A stretch of 64,000 nt of DNA from an uncultured Bacilli bacterium. Lineage in GTDB: Bacteria; Bacillota_I; Bacilli_A; RF39; UBA660. The notes under the pieces are model-generated. The model had not been told where the DNA came from. It made no database searches and saw only the letters and a program-made list of their open reading frames with translations. Shown here one piece after another: positions 20,107 to 31,083 of the stretch (positions within the stretch are counted from its first letter, which is position 1; each line of letters begins with the position of its first letter). The position numbers and the translations under genes were made by a program. The stretch spans positions 4,733 through 68,732 of the forward strand of contig CATKZK010000001.1 of the NCBI GenBank assembly GCA_949841325.1, written 5' to 3'.

Positions 20107-20190
20107 TTGCTAAAGAGAATGGATAATTGATTCTCTTTCTTTTGTTTACAATGCTTGTAAACCTTGTTAAAATAAAAGTAATAATAGGAA

Positions 20191-20550
20191 GTGATCTGTT
20201 TGAAAAAAATGATGTTGGCTTGGATGTTCTTAGTTGTCCTTTTAGTTGGAGGATTGTTGTTTATTGGTGTGCGATTTAAAGATTCGATTCGCGAGTATGA
20301 AATTTTAGAAATTGATATGAATGAATCAGCGAATGCCTTTTTAAAATTGAGAGAAATTAACCTTAATCCTGGAGAAAGTATGAAAATATCCGCTAATGAA
20401 TTGATAGAAAGTGGTCTTTTAAAGTCAATGGAGGTAGGAAGTGATACTTGTGAGGGCTATGTTTTTGTGAAAAAACAGGGCAAAAATATGAATATAGAAT
20501 CGAAGATAAAATGCTCTCAGTATACTTCTTTGGAATACGAAGAAGAGTAA
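20191..20550 (+). CDS. hypothetical membrane-anchored or secreted protein
   Basis: N-terminal TM/signal stretch, 119 aa. Confidence 0.4.
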   Translation: MICLKKMMLAWMFLVVLLVGGLLFIGVRFKDSIREYEILEIDMNESANAFLKLREINLNPGESMKISANELIESGLLKSMEVGSDTCEGYVFVKKQGKNMNIESKIKCSQYTSLEYEEE

Positions 20551-20719
20551 ATACATATAATAGGTAGTAAACAGATGTAAAAATGCGTTTTATATATTGA
20601 CTTTTTAAGAAATGATTGATATATTATAAGCGCGTTTGAAATTAGGTTCTGCTTAGGTGGAACCTAGTTTTAAGGGGAATTTGATACACCGGGAAGTGTG
20701 TATATAGAAAGGAAATGTT

Positions 20720-21133
20720 ATGACGACTATAAACCAATTAGTAAGAAAGAAAAGAGCTAAGAAAACTCGTAAGGGAAAAAGTCCAGTATTAAATGTTGGA
20801 TTTAACTCAATGGAAAGAAAAGCTACGAAGACTGACCATCCACAAATGCGTGGTGTTTGTACTCGTGTAGGAACAAAGACACCAAAGAAACCTAACTCAG
20901 CTTTGCGTAAATATGCTCGTGTACGTCTATCAAATGGCCGTGAAGTCGATACATACATTCCAGGAGAAGGACATAACTTACAAGAACATAGTGTTGTACT
21001 TATTCGTGGAGGACGTGTTAAAGACTTAATCGGTGTTCGTTATCATGTAATTCGTGGTGCATTAGATACACAAGGTGTTAATGAACGTAAAAAAGGTAGA
21101 AGTAAATATGGTACAAAGAAACCTAAAAATTAA
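20720..21133 (+). CDS. rpsL: 30S ribosomal protein S12
   Basis: canonical S12 sequence ([11 protein letters not shown]...[10 protein letters not shown]). Confidence 0.95.
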   Translation: MTTINQLVRKKRAKKTRKGKSPVLNVGFNSMERKATKTDHPQMRGVCTRVGTKTPKKPNSALRKYARVRLSNGREVDTYIPGEGHNLQEHSVVLIRGGRVKDLIGVRYHVIRGALDTQGVNERKKGRSKYGTKKPKN

Positions 21134-21158
21134 AAATATATAAGGAGGAAAGAAAAAT

Positions 21159-21626
21159 ATGCGTAAAAGACGTGCTGAAAAGCGTGACGTTTTACCAGAT
21201 CCTATATATAAATCAAAAGTTGTTACGAAATTAATTAACACCATTATGAAAGATGGAAAAAAGGGAACAGCAGAAAAGATTTTATATGGGGCATTTGATA
21301 TCGTTCGTGAAAAATTGAACGAAAATCCAATGGACGTATACACTCGTGCGCTTGAAAATATTAAACCAGTGTTAGAAGTAAAATCTCGTCGTGTAGGTGG
21401 AGCGAATGTTCAAGTTCCAATCGAAGTAAGCGAAGAGAGAAGCCAAGCACTTGCATTGCGCTGGTTAGTAAATTATGCTAGAAATGGTCATGGAAGAACA
21501 ATGGCTGAAAAATTAGCAAATGAAATTATAGATGCAGCAAATGGAACAGGCGGAGCTGTTAAAAAACGTGAGGATACTCACAGAATGGCAGAAGCAAATA
21601 AAGCATTTGCTCATTATAGATGGTAG
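21159..21626 (+). CDS. rpsG: 30S ribosomal protein S7
   Basis: canonical S7 sequence. Confidence 0.95.
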   Translation: MRKRRAEKRDVLPDPIYKSKVVTKLINTIMKDGKKGTAEKILYGAFDIVREKLNENPMDVYTRALENIKPVLEVKSRRVGGANVQVPIEVSEERSQALALRWLVNYARNGHGRTMAEKLANEIIDAANGTGGAVKKREDTHRMAEANKAFAHYRW

Positions 21627-21637
21627 GTGGTTTTTAA

Positions 21638-23710
21638 ATGGCTAGAGACGTTACAATCGATAAAATTAGAAATATTGGTATCATGGCTCATATTGATGCT
21701 GGTAAAACTACAACTACAGAGAGAATTCTATACTTAACTGGTAGAACTCACAAAATTGGTGAAACACACGATGGTGCTTCACAAATGGACTGGATGGAAC
21801 AAGAGCAAGAAAGAGGTATCACAATTACTTCTGCTGCTACCACATGTCATTGGAATGGTTATAGGTTAAATATCATAGATACTCCAGGACACGTAGACTT
21901 CACAATCGAAGTACAAAGAAGTTTAAGAGTACTTGATGGAGCAATTGCCCTAATCGATGCTCAAGCTGGAGTAGAGCCTCAAACAGAAAATGTTTGGAGA
22001 CAAGCAAATGAATATAAAGTTCCAAGAATGATTTGTGCTAACAAGATGGAAAAAATGGGAGCAGATTTCTATTTCAGTTTAGGAACAATCAAAGATAGAT
22101 TAGGAGCGAATGCAGCGCCTATCATGTTACCAATCGGTGCAGAACAAGATTATATTGGTTATGTTGACTTGGTTACAATGAAAGCATACAAATATGATGG
22201 AACTGATAAACAAGAATTAGAGGAAATTGAAATTCCTGCAGATATGACTGCTAAGTCAGAAGAATACAGATCTAAATTAATTGAAGCTGTAGCTGACTTT
22301 GATGAAGAATTAATGATGACTTACCTTGATGGTGGAGAAATCACAGTAGATACATTAAAGAAAGCGATTCGTACTGCTACATTGTCTGTTGGCTTCTTCC
22401 CAGTATTATGTGCTGATGCCTTAGGAAATAAAGGTACTCGTACATTACTTGATGCTGTTATTGATTACTTACCAGCACCAACTGATATCGAAGCTATTGA
22501 ATGTACAGATAAGAATGGAAACGATGTTAAGCGTCATCCAAGTGATTCTGAACCGTTTACTGCCTTAGCATTTAAGATTATGACAGATCCATTCGTTGGA
22601 AGACTTTCATTCTTCCGTGTTTACTCAGGTAAATTAACTAGTGGTTCTTATGTTCTAAACTCTACAAAGGGAGAAAAAGAAAGAATCGGACGTATCCTTC
22701 AAATGCATGCTAATAATCGTACAGAAATTACAGAAGTATATGCTGGAGAAATAGCTGCTGCTGTTGGACTTAAGAATACAACAACTGCTGATACATTGTG
22801 TGATGAAAAGAACTTCTGTATCATGAAAGGTATGGAATTCCCAGAGCCAGTTATCGATATTGCAGTAGAACCAAAGAGTAAAAATGATCAAGACAAGATG
22901 GCTATTGCTATTCAAAAACTTGTTGAAGAAGATCCAACATTAAAAGTTAAAACGGATTCTGAAACTGGACAAACTGTATTATCTGGTATGGGAGAGTTAC
23001 ACTTAGATATCATTGTGGATCGTATGAAACGTGAATTTGGTGTTGAAGTAAATAAAGGTAGACCACAAGTTCAATATCGTGAAACGATTACACAAGCTGC
23101 GGATTGTGAAGGTAAATATATTAAACAATCTGGTGGACGTGGACAATATGGGCATGTTTGGGTTAAATTTGAACCTAATCCAGGTAAAGGATATGAATTT
23201 GTTGATGGAATTGTAGGTGGAGTTGTTCCTCGTGAGTATATTCCGGTAACAGATAAAGGATTACAAGAAGCAATGCAAGGTGGTATTCTTGCTGGATATC
23301 CAATGGTTGATATCAAAGCAACATTATTTGATGGATCATACCATGATGTAGACTCATCAGAAATGGCCTTCAAGATTGCAGCTTCAATGGCTTTGAAAGA
23401 AGCTAAGAACAAATGTCAAACCGTTCTTCTAGAACCAATCATGAAAGTTGTTGTTGATGTTCCAGAAGAATATATGGGAAATGTCATGGGAGATTTAACT
23501 TCTCGCCGTGGTAGACCACTTGGACAAGAATCTATAGGAAATACCTTAAGAATTATCGCTATGGTACCATTATCTGAAATGTTTGGATATGCAACCGATT
23601 TAAGAAGTAATTCTCAAGGACGTGGAACTTTCCAAATGGAAAAAGATCACTATGAAGAAGTTCCAAAATCAATCGCTGAAGAAATTATTAAGAAAAACAG
23701 CGTAAATTAA
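21638..23710 (+). CDS. fusA: elongation factor G
   Basis: G-domain motifs [18 protein letters not shown]; 690 aa. Confidence 0.97.
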   Translation: MARDVTIDKIRNIGIMAHIDAGKTTTTERILYLTGRTHKIGETHDGASQMDWMEQEQERGITITSAATTCHWNGYRLNIIDTPGHVDFTIEVQRSLRVLDGAIALIDAQAGVEPQTENVWRQANEYKVPRMICANKMEKMGADFYFSLGTIKDRLGANAAPIMLPIGAEQDYIGYVDLVTMKAYKYDGTDKQELEEIEIPADMTAKSEEYRSKLIEAVADFDEELMMTYLDGGEITVDTLKKAIRTATLSVGFFPVLCADALGNKGTRTLLDAVIDYLPAPTDIEAIECTDKNGNDVKRHPSDSEPFTALAFKIMTDPFVGRLSFFRVYSGKLTSGSYVLNSTKGEKERIGRILQMHANNRTEITEVYAGEIAAAVGLKNTTTADTLCDEKNFCIMKGMEFPEPVIDIAVEPKSKNDQDKMAIAIQKLVEEDPTLKVKTDSETGQTVLSGMGELHLDIIVDRMKREFGVEVNKGRPQVQYRETITQAADCEGKYIKQSGGRGQYGHVWVKFEPNPGKGYEFVDGIVGGVVPREYIPVTDKGLQEAMQGGILAGYPMVDIKATLFDGSYHDVDSSEMAFKIAASMALKEAKNKCQTVLLEPIMKVVVDVPEEYMGNVMGDLTSRRGRPLGQESIGNTLRIIAMVPLSEMFGYATDLRSNSQGRGTFQMEKDHYEEVPKSIAEEIIKKNSVN

Positions 23711-23785
23711 TGAATAATTACTTGATTTAATATCAAGAATTAGATAAAATAAATTTGTTATAAGAAAAGAAAGGAAAGAAAAATT

Positions 23786-24955
23786 ATGGCAAGAGAAAAA
23801 TTTGATCGTAGTAAACCACATGTTAATATTGGTACTATTGGACACGTTGACCATGGTAAAACAACATTAACGGCTGCTATTTCTAAAGAGTTCTCAAAAG
23901 AAGCATTAGCTTATGCTGATATTGATAAAGCTCCAGAAGAAAGAGAACGTGGTATTACTATTAATACTGCACACGTTGAGTATGAAACTGAATCTAGACA
24001 TTATGCTCACGTAGATTGTCCAGGACATGCTGACTATGTTAAAAACATGATCACAGGTGCTGCACAAATGGATGGTGCTATCTTAGTTGTATCTGCAGCT
24101 GATGGTGCTATGCCACAAACAAGAGAACATATCTTACTATCTAGACAAGTTGGTGTTCCAAAAATCGTTGTTTACATGAATAAATGTGACCAAGTTGATG
24201 ATAAGGAAATCCTTGAATTAGTAGAAATGGAAATCAGAGAATTATTAGGAGAATACGGATTTGATTCTGAATGTCCTATAATCAAAGGTTCAGCTCTTAA
24301 AGCACTTGAAGGAGATGCTGATGCTGTTAAATCTATCCACGACTTAATGGATGCTGTTGATAGCTATATTGATACTCCTGAAAGAGATACAGACAAACCA
24401 TTCTTAATGAGTGTTGAAGATGTATTCACTATCTCAGGACGTGGAACAGTTGCTACTGGACGTGTTGAACGTGGTAGATTAAATCTTAATGACGAAGTTG
24501 AAATCGTTGGATTAAGAGATACTAGAAAAACTGTTGTAACTGGTATTGAAATGTTCAGAAAATCATTAGATTATGCTGAATCAGGAGATAACGCAGGTGT
24601 ATTACTTCGTGGTATCGCTAGAGAAGATATTGAACGTGGACAAGTATTAGCTAAACCAGGTTCAGTTACTCCTCATCATAAATTCAAAGCTGCAGTTTAC
24701 GTTCTAACAAAAGAAGAAGGTGGACGTCATACTCCATTCTTCACAAACTACAGACCTCAATTCTATTTCCGTACAACTGATGTTACAGGTGTTGTTGAAT
24801 TACCTGCAGGTGTAGAAATGGTTATGCCAGGTGATAACGTAGATATGACAGTTGAATTAATTTCAACAGTTGCTATTGAACAAGGAACTCAATTCTCAAT
24901 CCGTGAAGGTGGTAGAACAGTTGGTTCTGGTGTAGTATCTGAAGTTATTGAATAA
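23786..24955 (+). CDS. tuf: elongation factor Tu
   Basis: [22 protein letters not shown] motifs. Confidence 0.97.
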   Translation: MAREKFDRSKPHVNIGTIGHVDHGKTTLTAAISKEFSKEALAYADIDKAPEERERGITINTAHVEYETESRHYAHVDCPGHADYVKNMITGAAQMDGAILVVSAADGAMPQTREHILLSRQVGVPKIVVYMNKCDQVDDKEILELVEMEIRELLGEYGFDSECPIIKGSALKALEGDADAVKSIHDLMDAVDSYIDTPERDTDKPFLMSVEDVFTISGRGTVATGRVERGRLNLNDEVEIVGLRDTRKTVVTGIEMFRKSLDYAESGDNAGVLLRGIAREDIERGQVLAKPGSVTPHHKFKAAVYVLTKEEGGRHTPFFTNYRPQFYFRTTDVTGVVELPAGVEMVMPGDNVDMTVELISTVAIEQGTQFSIREGGRTVGSGVVSEVIE

Positions 24956-24960
24956 TACTA

Positions 24961-24990
24961 AAAAAGCTCACAATTACTTGTGAGTTTTTT
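24961..24990. terminator. bidirectional rho-independent terminator between tuf and the convergent regulator gene
   Basis: AAAAAAGCTCACAA-ttac-TTGTGAGTTTTTT, flanked by A and T runs. Confidence 0.7.
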
Positions 24991-25003
24991 AATGTTTATC
25001 TAT

Positions 25004-27067
25004 TTAAAAATTAGTTTTTAAATGCAAATGTTTTTCTTTTCTATGTTCATTTATCATATTCAGTGTCTTTTGTTTAAAGTGCAATACAGTTTCATAATCA
25101 GTAGCGAAAGAGATAAAGGTACACAATGTCTTTTCAGCTCTTTCAAAATCATCAATGTTTAAATAATGCGTAATCACTAATGAAATATTGTCTTGTGTGT
25201 GTAGTGGGTCAGTATATAAAACGACATAGCACAATATATCGATTTCTTGTTTGTCAAAGGCATAACCCATCGTAGATAGTTTTTGAAATTTTTCAAAATA
25301 GGAATGACATACATCTTCACTAGGGACCTTCCCCCAATACATCTTAAGAAATCTTTTTTTCTCTTCTAAAAAGTCTTTTTTTCCTTTTTCCAATTCTAAG
25401 TTTTGTTTATTTTGGATAGCTTCTTGGGCAGATTTGCGTAAGTTTTCTAATTCATTAATACTTAAATTTCTATGTTGACAAATGCCTACAATTCGTTTTT
25501 TTACGTATGCAATAGATGAATTAATCTTGTTAGCAATCTGATGATTAGAAAGCCCATGACGAGTGATGTAATTCCAAATCTCTTTATCTTCTTTAAATTT
25601 TTTTTGTCTGCTTAATTTTTTTAATCTTTTCTTTTGATATTTAAAAATTTCTTCCTTTGTTATTTGCTTATCAGCAATTAAACGAGCTTTACTTCGACGA
25701 ACACGACTTTCAGTTAACATTCCTGATGCATCTGATGCGATTATTTCCTTAACAGTTAATCCATCTTTTAAAAGAGGTAATATACGAGCGTCAATCGCTG
25801 TATAACTATCGTGATTGGCATCGACCACTTGTTTAACTGACTCGTCATCAATTAAGCCTTCATATTTTAAAGCTTGAATAATTCTATAAATGCTTGTCTC
25901 AGAAATTTCATCTATATCATCTTTATTTATCGTTCGATAAATTTCGCATGTCCCCATTCCAAGATTATATAACTCCTTAGTTGTTTCCCTATAATATAAA
26001 CGTCTATTGTTAAGTGCTTCATTGATAATCTTTTGAGAAATGTAGTGATTTAGTTTTAAATATGTAATTTTTTCCATCAAATCTTTTTGAAGAAGTTTTG
26101 TTTTCTTACTAATATAGGTATATGAATATCCTGCTTTAAGATAGTTAATAATGTGTACTTCCGCTTCCGTTAATTTATCATCAATCTCTTTTATTTCTAT
26201 ATCTTTTTTCTTTCTTTTTCTTTCATTCTTAGACGTTTTTGTATATTTGCGCTTTATACCCGCGATCGCGTTAATACTTATGTCGAAAATGGCGGAAATC
26301 ACTTTATAAGGGACATTAAATTCGATTAAGGCTAATATCTTTTCATTACGTAAACGAATCTCTTCCGATTTATCATCAAAATCTCTTTTTATCCGTTCAA
26401 TACTAGAAACAGTTATATTAAATATTGCTCCAATAATGTCATAAGGAATATTGAACTCAACTAAAGCGAGAATAATTTCATCTCTCCTTTTTAACTCCTC
26501 TTGTAATTCTAATTTGCCATTTATTATTTCACTTCTTTGTATTTCATTATTTTCGATTAATATTTCAAAATATCGAGCAATTGTAGTCATAGGAATTCCT
26601 GTAATGTTACTAATTTCAGTCTTTGTTTTTTTATCTTTAACTAGCTTTTTAATTATGTTCAATTTTTCGATTTTCTCTTGCTCTTCTAAAGGAATAACGT
26701 TTAGATTGGCAAGTCTATCTTGTATTCTTTCGATCGAGGCATTTATATCCGCATACTGATAATGATAAACCTTATTAAGATAGCTCCTGCTTTTTCCCGT
26801 TGATAAGGCTTGATAGGTACGTTCATCAAGAATTAAATCTACATCTCTTTGTGCTTTCTTTTTTGCATCATCAATCTCTTTTTGTGTAATTTTACCCATT
26901 TGAATTAATTTCTTTTTTATATTACAACAATACTGACGTGATCGACCTAAATGTTCACTCATTTTTGTATAAGACCAGCCAGTTCTCAACATGTTTTCTA
27001 TTTCCTTATAATCTTCTTGTTTTTCCTCTTTGCTAAATCTAACATTCGACATTTTGCATCCCCTCAA
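25004..27067 (-). CDS. large protein built of at least six repeated helix-turn-helix-like modules (putative transcription regulator)
   Basis: recurring HTH-like segments (ILALVEFNIPYDIIGAIFNITVSSIERIKRDF / ILALIEFNVPYKVISAIFDISINAIAGIKRKY, plus four more); 687 aa. Confidence 0.55.
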   Translation of the reverse strand: MRGCKMSNVRFSKEEKQEDYKEIENMLRTGWSYTKMSEHLGRSRQYCCNIKKKLIQMGKITQKEIDDAKKKAQRDVDLILDERTYQALSTGKSRSYLNKVYHYQYADINASIERIQDRLANLNVIPLEEQEKIEKLNIIKKLVKDKKTKTEISNITGIPMTTIARYFEILIENNEIQRSEIINGKLELQEELKRRDEIILALVEFNIPYDIIGAIFNITVSSIERIKRDFDDKSEEIRLRNEKILALIEFNVPYKVISAIFDISINAIAGIKRKYTKTSKNERKRKKKDIEIKEIDDKLTEAEVHIINYLKAGYSYTYISKKTKLLQKDLMEKITYLKLNHYISQKIINEALNNRRLYYRETTKELYNLGMGTCEIYRTINKDDIDEISETSIYRIIQALKYEGLIDDESVKQVVDANHDSYTAIDARILPLLKDGLTVKEIIASDASGMLTESRVRRSKARLIADKQITKEEIFKYQKKRLKKLSRQKKFKEDKEIWNYITRHGLSNHQIANKINSSIAYVKKRIVGICQHRNLSINELENLRKSAQEAIQNKQNLELEKGKKDFLEEKKRFLKMYWGKVPSEDVCHSYFEKFQKLSTMGYAFDKQEIDILCYVVLYTDPLHTQDNISLVITHYLNIDDFERAEKTLCTFISFATDYETVLHFKQKTLNMINEHRKEKHLHLKTNF

Positions 27068-27197
27068 ATTAGTTAATCCTATTATAATAAAATTATAGTA
27101 AAAATCAAGTAAAATAGGGTATAGTTTTTATGAAAAAAAATTGTATTTTTTTACACAAAGCCTTTATTTTGAAGCATATAAGTAAGATTTTAAAGTT

Positions 27198-27221
27198 AAT
27201 TTACTACCAATTTACTACTTT
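27198..27221. repeat. 24-bp repeat AATTTACTACCAATTTACTACTTT, copy 1 (internal tandem TTTACTAC-CAA-TTTACTAC)
   Basis: identical 24-mer at 28929-28952; possible operator site. Confidence 0.6.
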
Positions 27222-27463
27222 ATATAGACGACATATTTTAATAATTCTTTTTTCATTATCGAATATGTAGTATAATTTTATTAGTTAAGAAATCTTCTTG
27301 GAGTTAATAATACTAAACTTTAAAGAAACTAAATGTTATCAGTTACATTAAATAATACTGATACATTTTCACTTATACCATATTAACTTGATTTTTATTT
27401 TTTTTCAAATAATTAGGTTAATGTTAAAATTAATATAATTTGTAAAAATTATGGAGGTAAAAA

Positions 27464-28696
27464 ATGGAGTATAAAAAAGAATATAAAAAATATTTAATTT
27501 CTTCTACATTAGACACTGCTAATAACAGAATTGCTAGTGCTTCTTTCATATCTGCATTTGCCATATATTTAGGTTTGTCTGATTTAGTTTTGGGAATATA
27601 TGCAGTTTTAGATACAATGACTAATGTAATTCAAGTTTTGGCAGCACCATTATTTTCTAAAATTGGACAATCCAAAAAAATCGTATTAACTAACTATTCA
27701 ATATATAGAATTTCTTCTGTTTCTATGGCATTTATACCATTTTTATCAAACGATATAGGCATTAGAACTATATTATTCTTGATATTAGCAACAATTTATG
27801 CAGTTACTGGTGAAATGGGGTATATAACTTTTGTTAATTGGAGAATGACTTTAATAAAGAAAGAAGATAGAACTAAATTTGCCGTCAAAAGAAACTTTCT
27901 AAAAAATACAATTGTATTATCATTTAGTTTAATTATGGGAATTGTTCTTGATAAATTTGCAGCTTCTGGATATGAATTATATGGTTTTATTATATTATTC
28001 GTGATAGTATTTATCATTGCATTTATAGATATTGCAATTAGAGTAAAGACCTATAAGCCAGAAATAATTCAAGAAAAAATCAGTATAAAAGATAATATAA
28101 TTATACCAGCAAAAGACAAAAAATTTAGAAGCGTTCTTATAACAGGTGCTTTGAATAGATTTGCTTATGGTATTGGGACAATGTATTTAAATGTATTTTT
28201 ATTAAGATATTTAAATATTAACTATTTATATTATAGTGTCTTAAATATACTAGTGAATTTATCAGAGGCTTTTTCTAGTAAATATTGGGGAAAGAAATCT
28301 GAAAGTAGAAATTGGTCTAAAATTATAATACCTATGTGTGTAATATTTATTATTGTGTTTGTAATATTATTATCATTTAATAACGAACAACTTTTATATT
28401 CATTGCCTATAATATATATACTCATAGGATTTGGGAATGCTTCTTATGAAATGTATGATCATATTGCAATATATGAAACAGCAAAGGATAAATTACAAAC
28501 TTCTTATGTGACATTTGAAAGATTTATTGAGGGAATAGTAACTATGATACTTCCAATGTTATCATATACAATCTTTAAAGAAAGTAATAATGCAATAAAA
28601 GTCACTTTTATAATTGCAATATTCAGTTACATAGTCTTATTTGTATATTATAAGTTAAAAAAAGATAAATTAATGAAATCATTGGGAAATAATTAA
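27464..28696 (+). CDS. polytopic membrane protein, MFS-like transporter (very AT-rich gene)
   Basis: 410 aa with ~12 hydrophobic segments; composition deviates from neighbouring genes. Confidence 0.45.
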   Translation: MEYKKEYKKYLISSTLDTANNRIASASFISAFAIYLGLSDLVLGIYAVLDTMTNVIQVLAAPLFSKIGQSKKIVLTNYSIYRISSVSMAFIPFLSNDIGIRTILFLILATIYAVTGEMGYITFVNWRMTLIKKEDRTKFAVKRNFLKNTIVLSFSLIMGIVLDKFAASGYELYGFIILFVIVFIIAFIDIAIRVKTYKPEIIQEKISIKDNIIIPAKDKKFRSVLITGALNRFAYGIGTMYLNVFLLRYLNINYLYYSVLNILVNLSEAFSSKYWGKKSESRNWSKIIIPMCVIFIIVFVILLSFNNEQLLYSLPIIYILIGFGNASYEMYDHIAIYETAKDKLQTSYVTFERFIEGIVTMILPMLSYTIFKESNNAIKVTFIIAIFSYIVLFVYYKLKKDKLMKSLGNN

Positions 28697-28928
28697 AGTC
28701 ATGACTAATACTTATATTTTAGATAAGAATAACTTTGATAATTAAGAAATAAAATATTCTGCTACATGCTTCATGCTACATAATAAGGGTAATACTATCC
28801 TTATTATGGCGAAGACTTTAGTGGCTACGCCACTAGTCTCGCTCATGTATATTTTTAAATACTACGCAATCTCATAGTATTTTTTATTTGAACTTATAAA
28901 ATTAATAATACAAACTAATTTTTCTAAA

Positions 28929-28952
28929 AATTTACTACCAATTTACTACTTT
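28929..28952. repeat. 24-bp repeat AATTTACTACCAATTTACTACTTT, copy 2
   Basis: identical to 27198-27221. Confidence 0.6.
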
Positions 28953-29165
28953 TGAAAGTTAAAATATAAGAAATTATAAAAATATATGTGAGAATCTTCC
29001 AAAACAAGAAAAGCTACAAACCATTGTAAAATCAAGTTATAGTAGCATTCAAAAATTTATAAAAAGTTATTAAAAAAAGATGTACTATTTTCTCTCTAAA
29101 AAAGTAAGTTATACTTTGACTAAAAAGTCTAATAATAGTAAAATAAATTTAGGAGAATAGAGAAA

Positions 29166-30059
29166 ATGAAAATATTAAATGATAATATCTTAGAACATAT
29201 AAGAAAGAAAAATAGAATGATGCGCATTATGGCTCTTGCGATAGGTGCATTTATTGTTGCTTTTATGTATAATGCCTTTATTGTTCCAAATAATCTTGTC
29301 TATGGAGGCATGGGAGGTCTTGCGATTATTATTCATAATCTATTTGGAATCTCAACCACCTTCGTATTAAACATCATTACCATTTTTTTAATTATTATAT
29401 CTTTACTAATCATTGGATTAAAAAAGACAAGTTATGCAATTGTTGGGTATGGCATGTATACTTTGATGATTAATGTCACAGCTCCGCTTGTTAAATTTAC
29501 AAATTTAAACTTAGATAGCTTTCTTTTTTCCGTTGTCATTTATAGTGTCATTATGGGAATTGGATATGGTCTTATATATAAAGCAGGCTTTAATACAGGA
29601 GGATCGGATACGATTATTGCTATTATTCAACATTTTAAAAAATCTCCAGTTGGTAAAATTTCAAATGTCATCAATGGAATTATCATTTTAATTGGAGCTA
29701 CTAATTTTGGTATAACAAAATCCTTATACGCTTTAATCTTTTTAAAAATGAATAACTTTATTTCTGATGCTATTATCTTAGGAATTTCTAATTCAAAAAT
29801 ATGTTTTATTAGAACGAAAAAATGGATGCAAATAGAAAACTATTTAGAAAGCGAATTTGAGATTGGCTATACTGTTTTAGAATCAACAAATGGAGTTGGT
29901 ATTCTAAAGAAACCGCTTTTATTTGTCGTTATTCCAAGTGATCGTTTTTACGATTTAAAAAAGGAACTATTGAATATTGATAGAAAAATAGAACTCTTAT
30001 CAACAGATTGTTATACAGTGGAAAATGGACATACAAATCGTCTCATAAATATAACGTAA
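29166..30059 (+). CDS. YitT-family membrane protein (DUF161 + DUF2179)
   Basis: N-terminal YitT/YqfU-type TM core (FIVPNNLVYGGMGGLAIIIHNLFG) and a C-terminal soluble domain. Confidence 0.75.
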   Translation: MKILNDNILEHIRKKNRMMRIMALAIGAFIVAFMYNAFIVPNNLVYGGMGGLAIIIHNLFGISTTFVLNIITIFLIIISLLIIGLKKTSYAIVGYGMYTLMINVTAPLVKFTNLNLDSFLFSVVIYSVIMGIGYGLIYKAGFNTGGSDTIIAIIQHFKKSPVGKISNVINGIIILIGATNFGITKSLYALIFLKMNNFISDAIILGISNSKICFIRTKKWMQIENYLESEFEIGYTVLESTNGVGILKKPLLFVVIPSDRFYDLKKELLNIDRKIELLSTDCYTVENGHTNRLINIT

Positions 30060-30106
30060 TTTACTTCTTTTGCCTAACATGATACAATTTAATTAGGTGA
30101 AAATAA

Positions 30107-31054
30107 ATGATTGAAAATAATGAATTAGCGAAAACAAATAGAATAAGTATGATTGATACCTATGGCGAAATTTTAACAGATAAGGAGTATGTTACAAATC
30201 CTGCAATTGCTAGAGATACAGAGATTGATCAAATGATACTTGCTTTAATTACGCCAGATAAAAGTGCGCTTTTAGTAGGAAAACCAGGAATAGGTAAAAC
30301 TGCATTGGTAGAAGGTCTTGCTTATCGAATTCATACGAACCAAGTACCAGATGTTATCAAGGGATGGAAGATTATAAAGATTAATCTTCCTGCTTTACTT
30401 GGGAAAGTAAATGTTGATGGAACAGAAGTAACAAAGTTACAACTTTTAATTGAAGAGATTGATAATATAGAAAAGACCATTCTTTTTATTGATGAAGTGC
30501 ATCTTCTTGTTGCCAAAAATAATAGTTCTCTTGATGTTGACTTTGCCAACATGTTAAAACCATATCTTGATAGGGGAAGAATTTTAATGATAGGTGCGAC
30601 AACTTCTGAGGAATATGAAGCATATATTTTAAGAGATCGAGCTTTTGTACGTCGCTTCTTAAAAATTGATATTGCAGAGTCAGAAGGGGAAGATGTCGTA
30701 AGAATAATGATGGGAACACTTCCTAAATTTGAGAAAAAAATGAATGTAAGATTTCCATATGCTGATTTTCAGCAAGAGAGATTATTTGCTTGGATAGTGG
30801 AATACACGAGCGAATACAAACGAATTTACGAAATTCAAAGTCGTTATCCAGATATATGTTTGACTTTATTGTCGAGTGCATTTAGCTATGCCGTATTTGA
30901 AAATAGTGAAACTGTAACTTTAAAGCATCTTTATTTAGCAATGAAAAACACGAATGCGATTTATGATGATGCCAAAACAAAAGCCTTACTTGACTTTAAA
31001 GATCGGTTTAATGATATGTTAATAAAAGAGGGAATAGAGCTAGATACCTTATAA
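30107..31054 (+). CDS. stand-alone AAA+ ATPase resembling the first nucleotide-binding domain of ClpA/ClpB/ClpC
   Basis: ARDTEIDQMILAL...LVGKPGIGKTALVEGLAYRI; Walker B ILFIDEVHLL; DFANMLKPYLDRGRILMIGATTSEEYE...AFVRRF parallels Clp D1; no Clp N-domain or second ATPase domain. Confidence 0.65.
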   Translation: MIENNELAKTNRISMIDTYGEILTDKEYVTNPAIARDTEIDQMILALITPDKSALLVGKPGIGKTALVEGLAYRIHTNQVPDVIKGWKIIKINLPALLGKVNVDGTEVTKLQLLIEEIDNIEKTILFIDEVHLLVAKNNSSLDVDFANMLKPYLDRGRILMIGATTSEEYEAYILRDRAFVRRFLKIDIAESEGEDVVRIMMGTLPKFEKKMNVRFPYADFQQERLFAWIVEYTSEYKRIYEIQSRYPDICLTLLSSAFSYAVFENSETVTLKHLYLAMKNTNAIYDDAKTKALLDFKDRFNDMLIKEGIELDTL

Positions 31055-31083
31055 AGAAGTTATCCAAAAGATAAACTTTTTCA

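Noticed and set aside
22655-23854. Antisense ORFs within fusA and the fusA-tuf spacer (22655-22915, 23071-23412, 23669-23854)
   Set aside because: They are antisense to a conserved gene and spurious.
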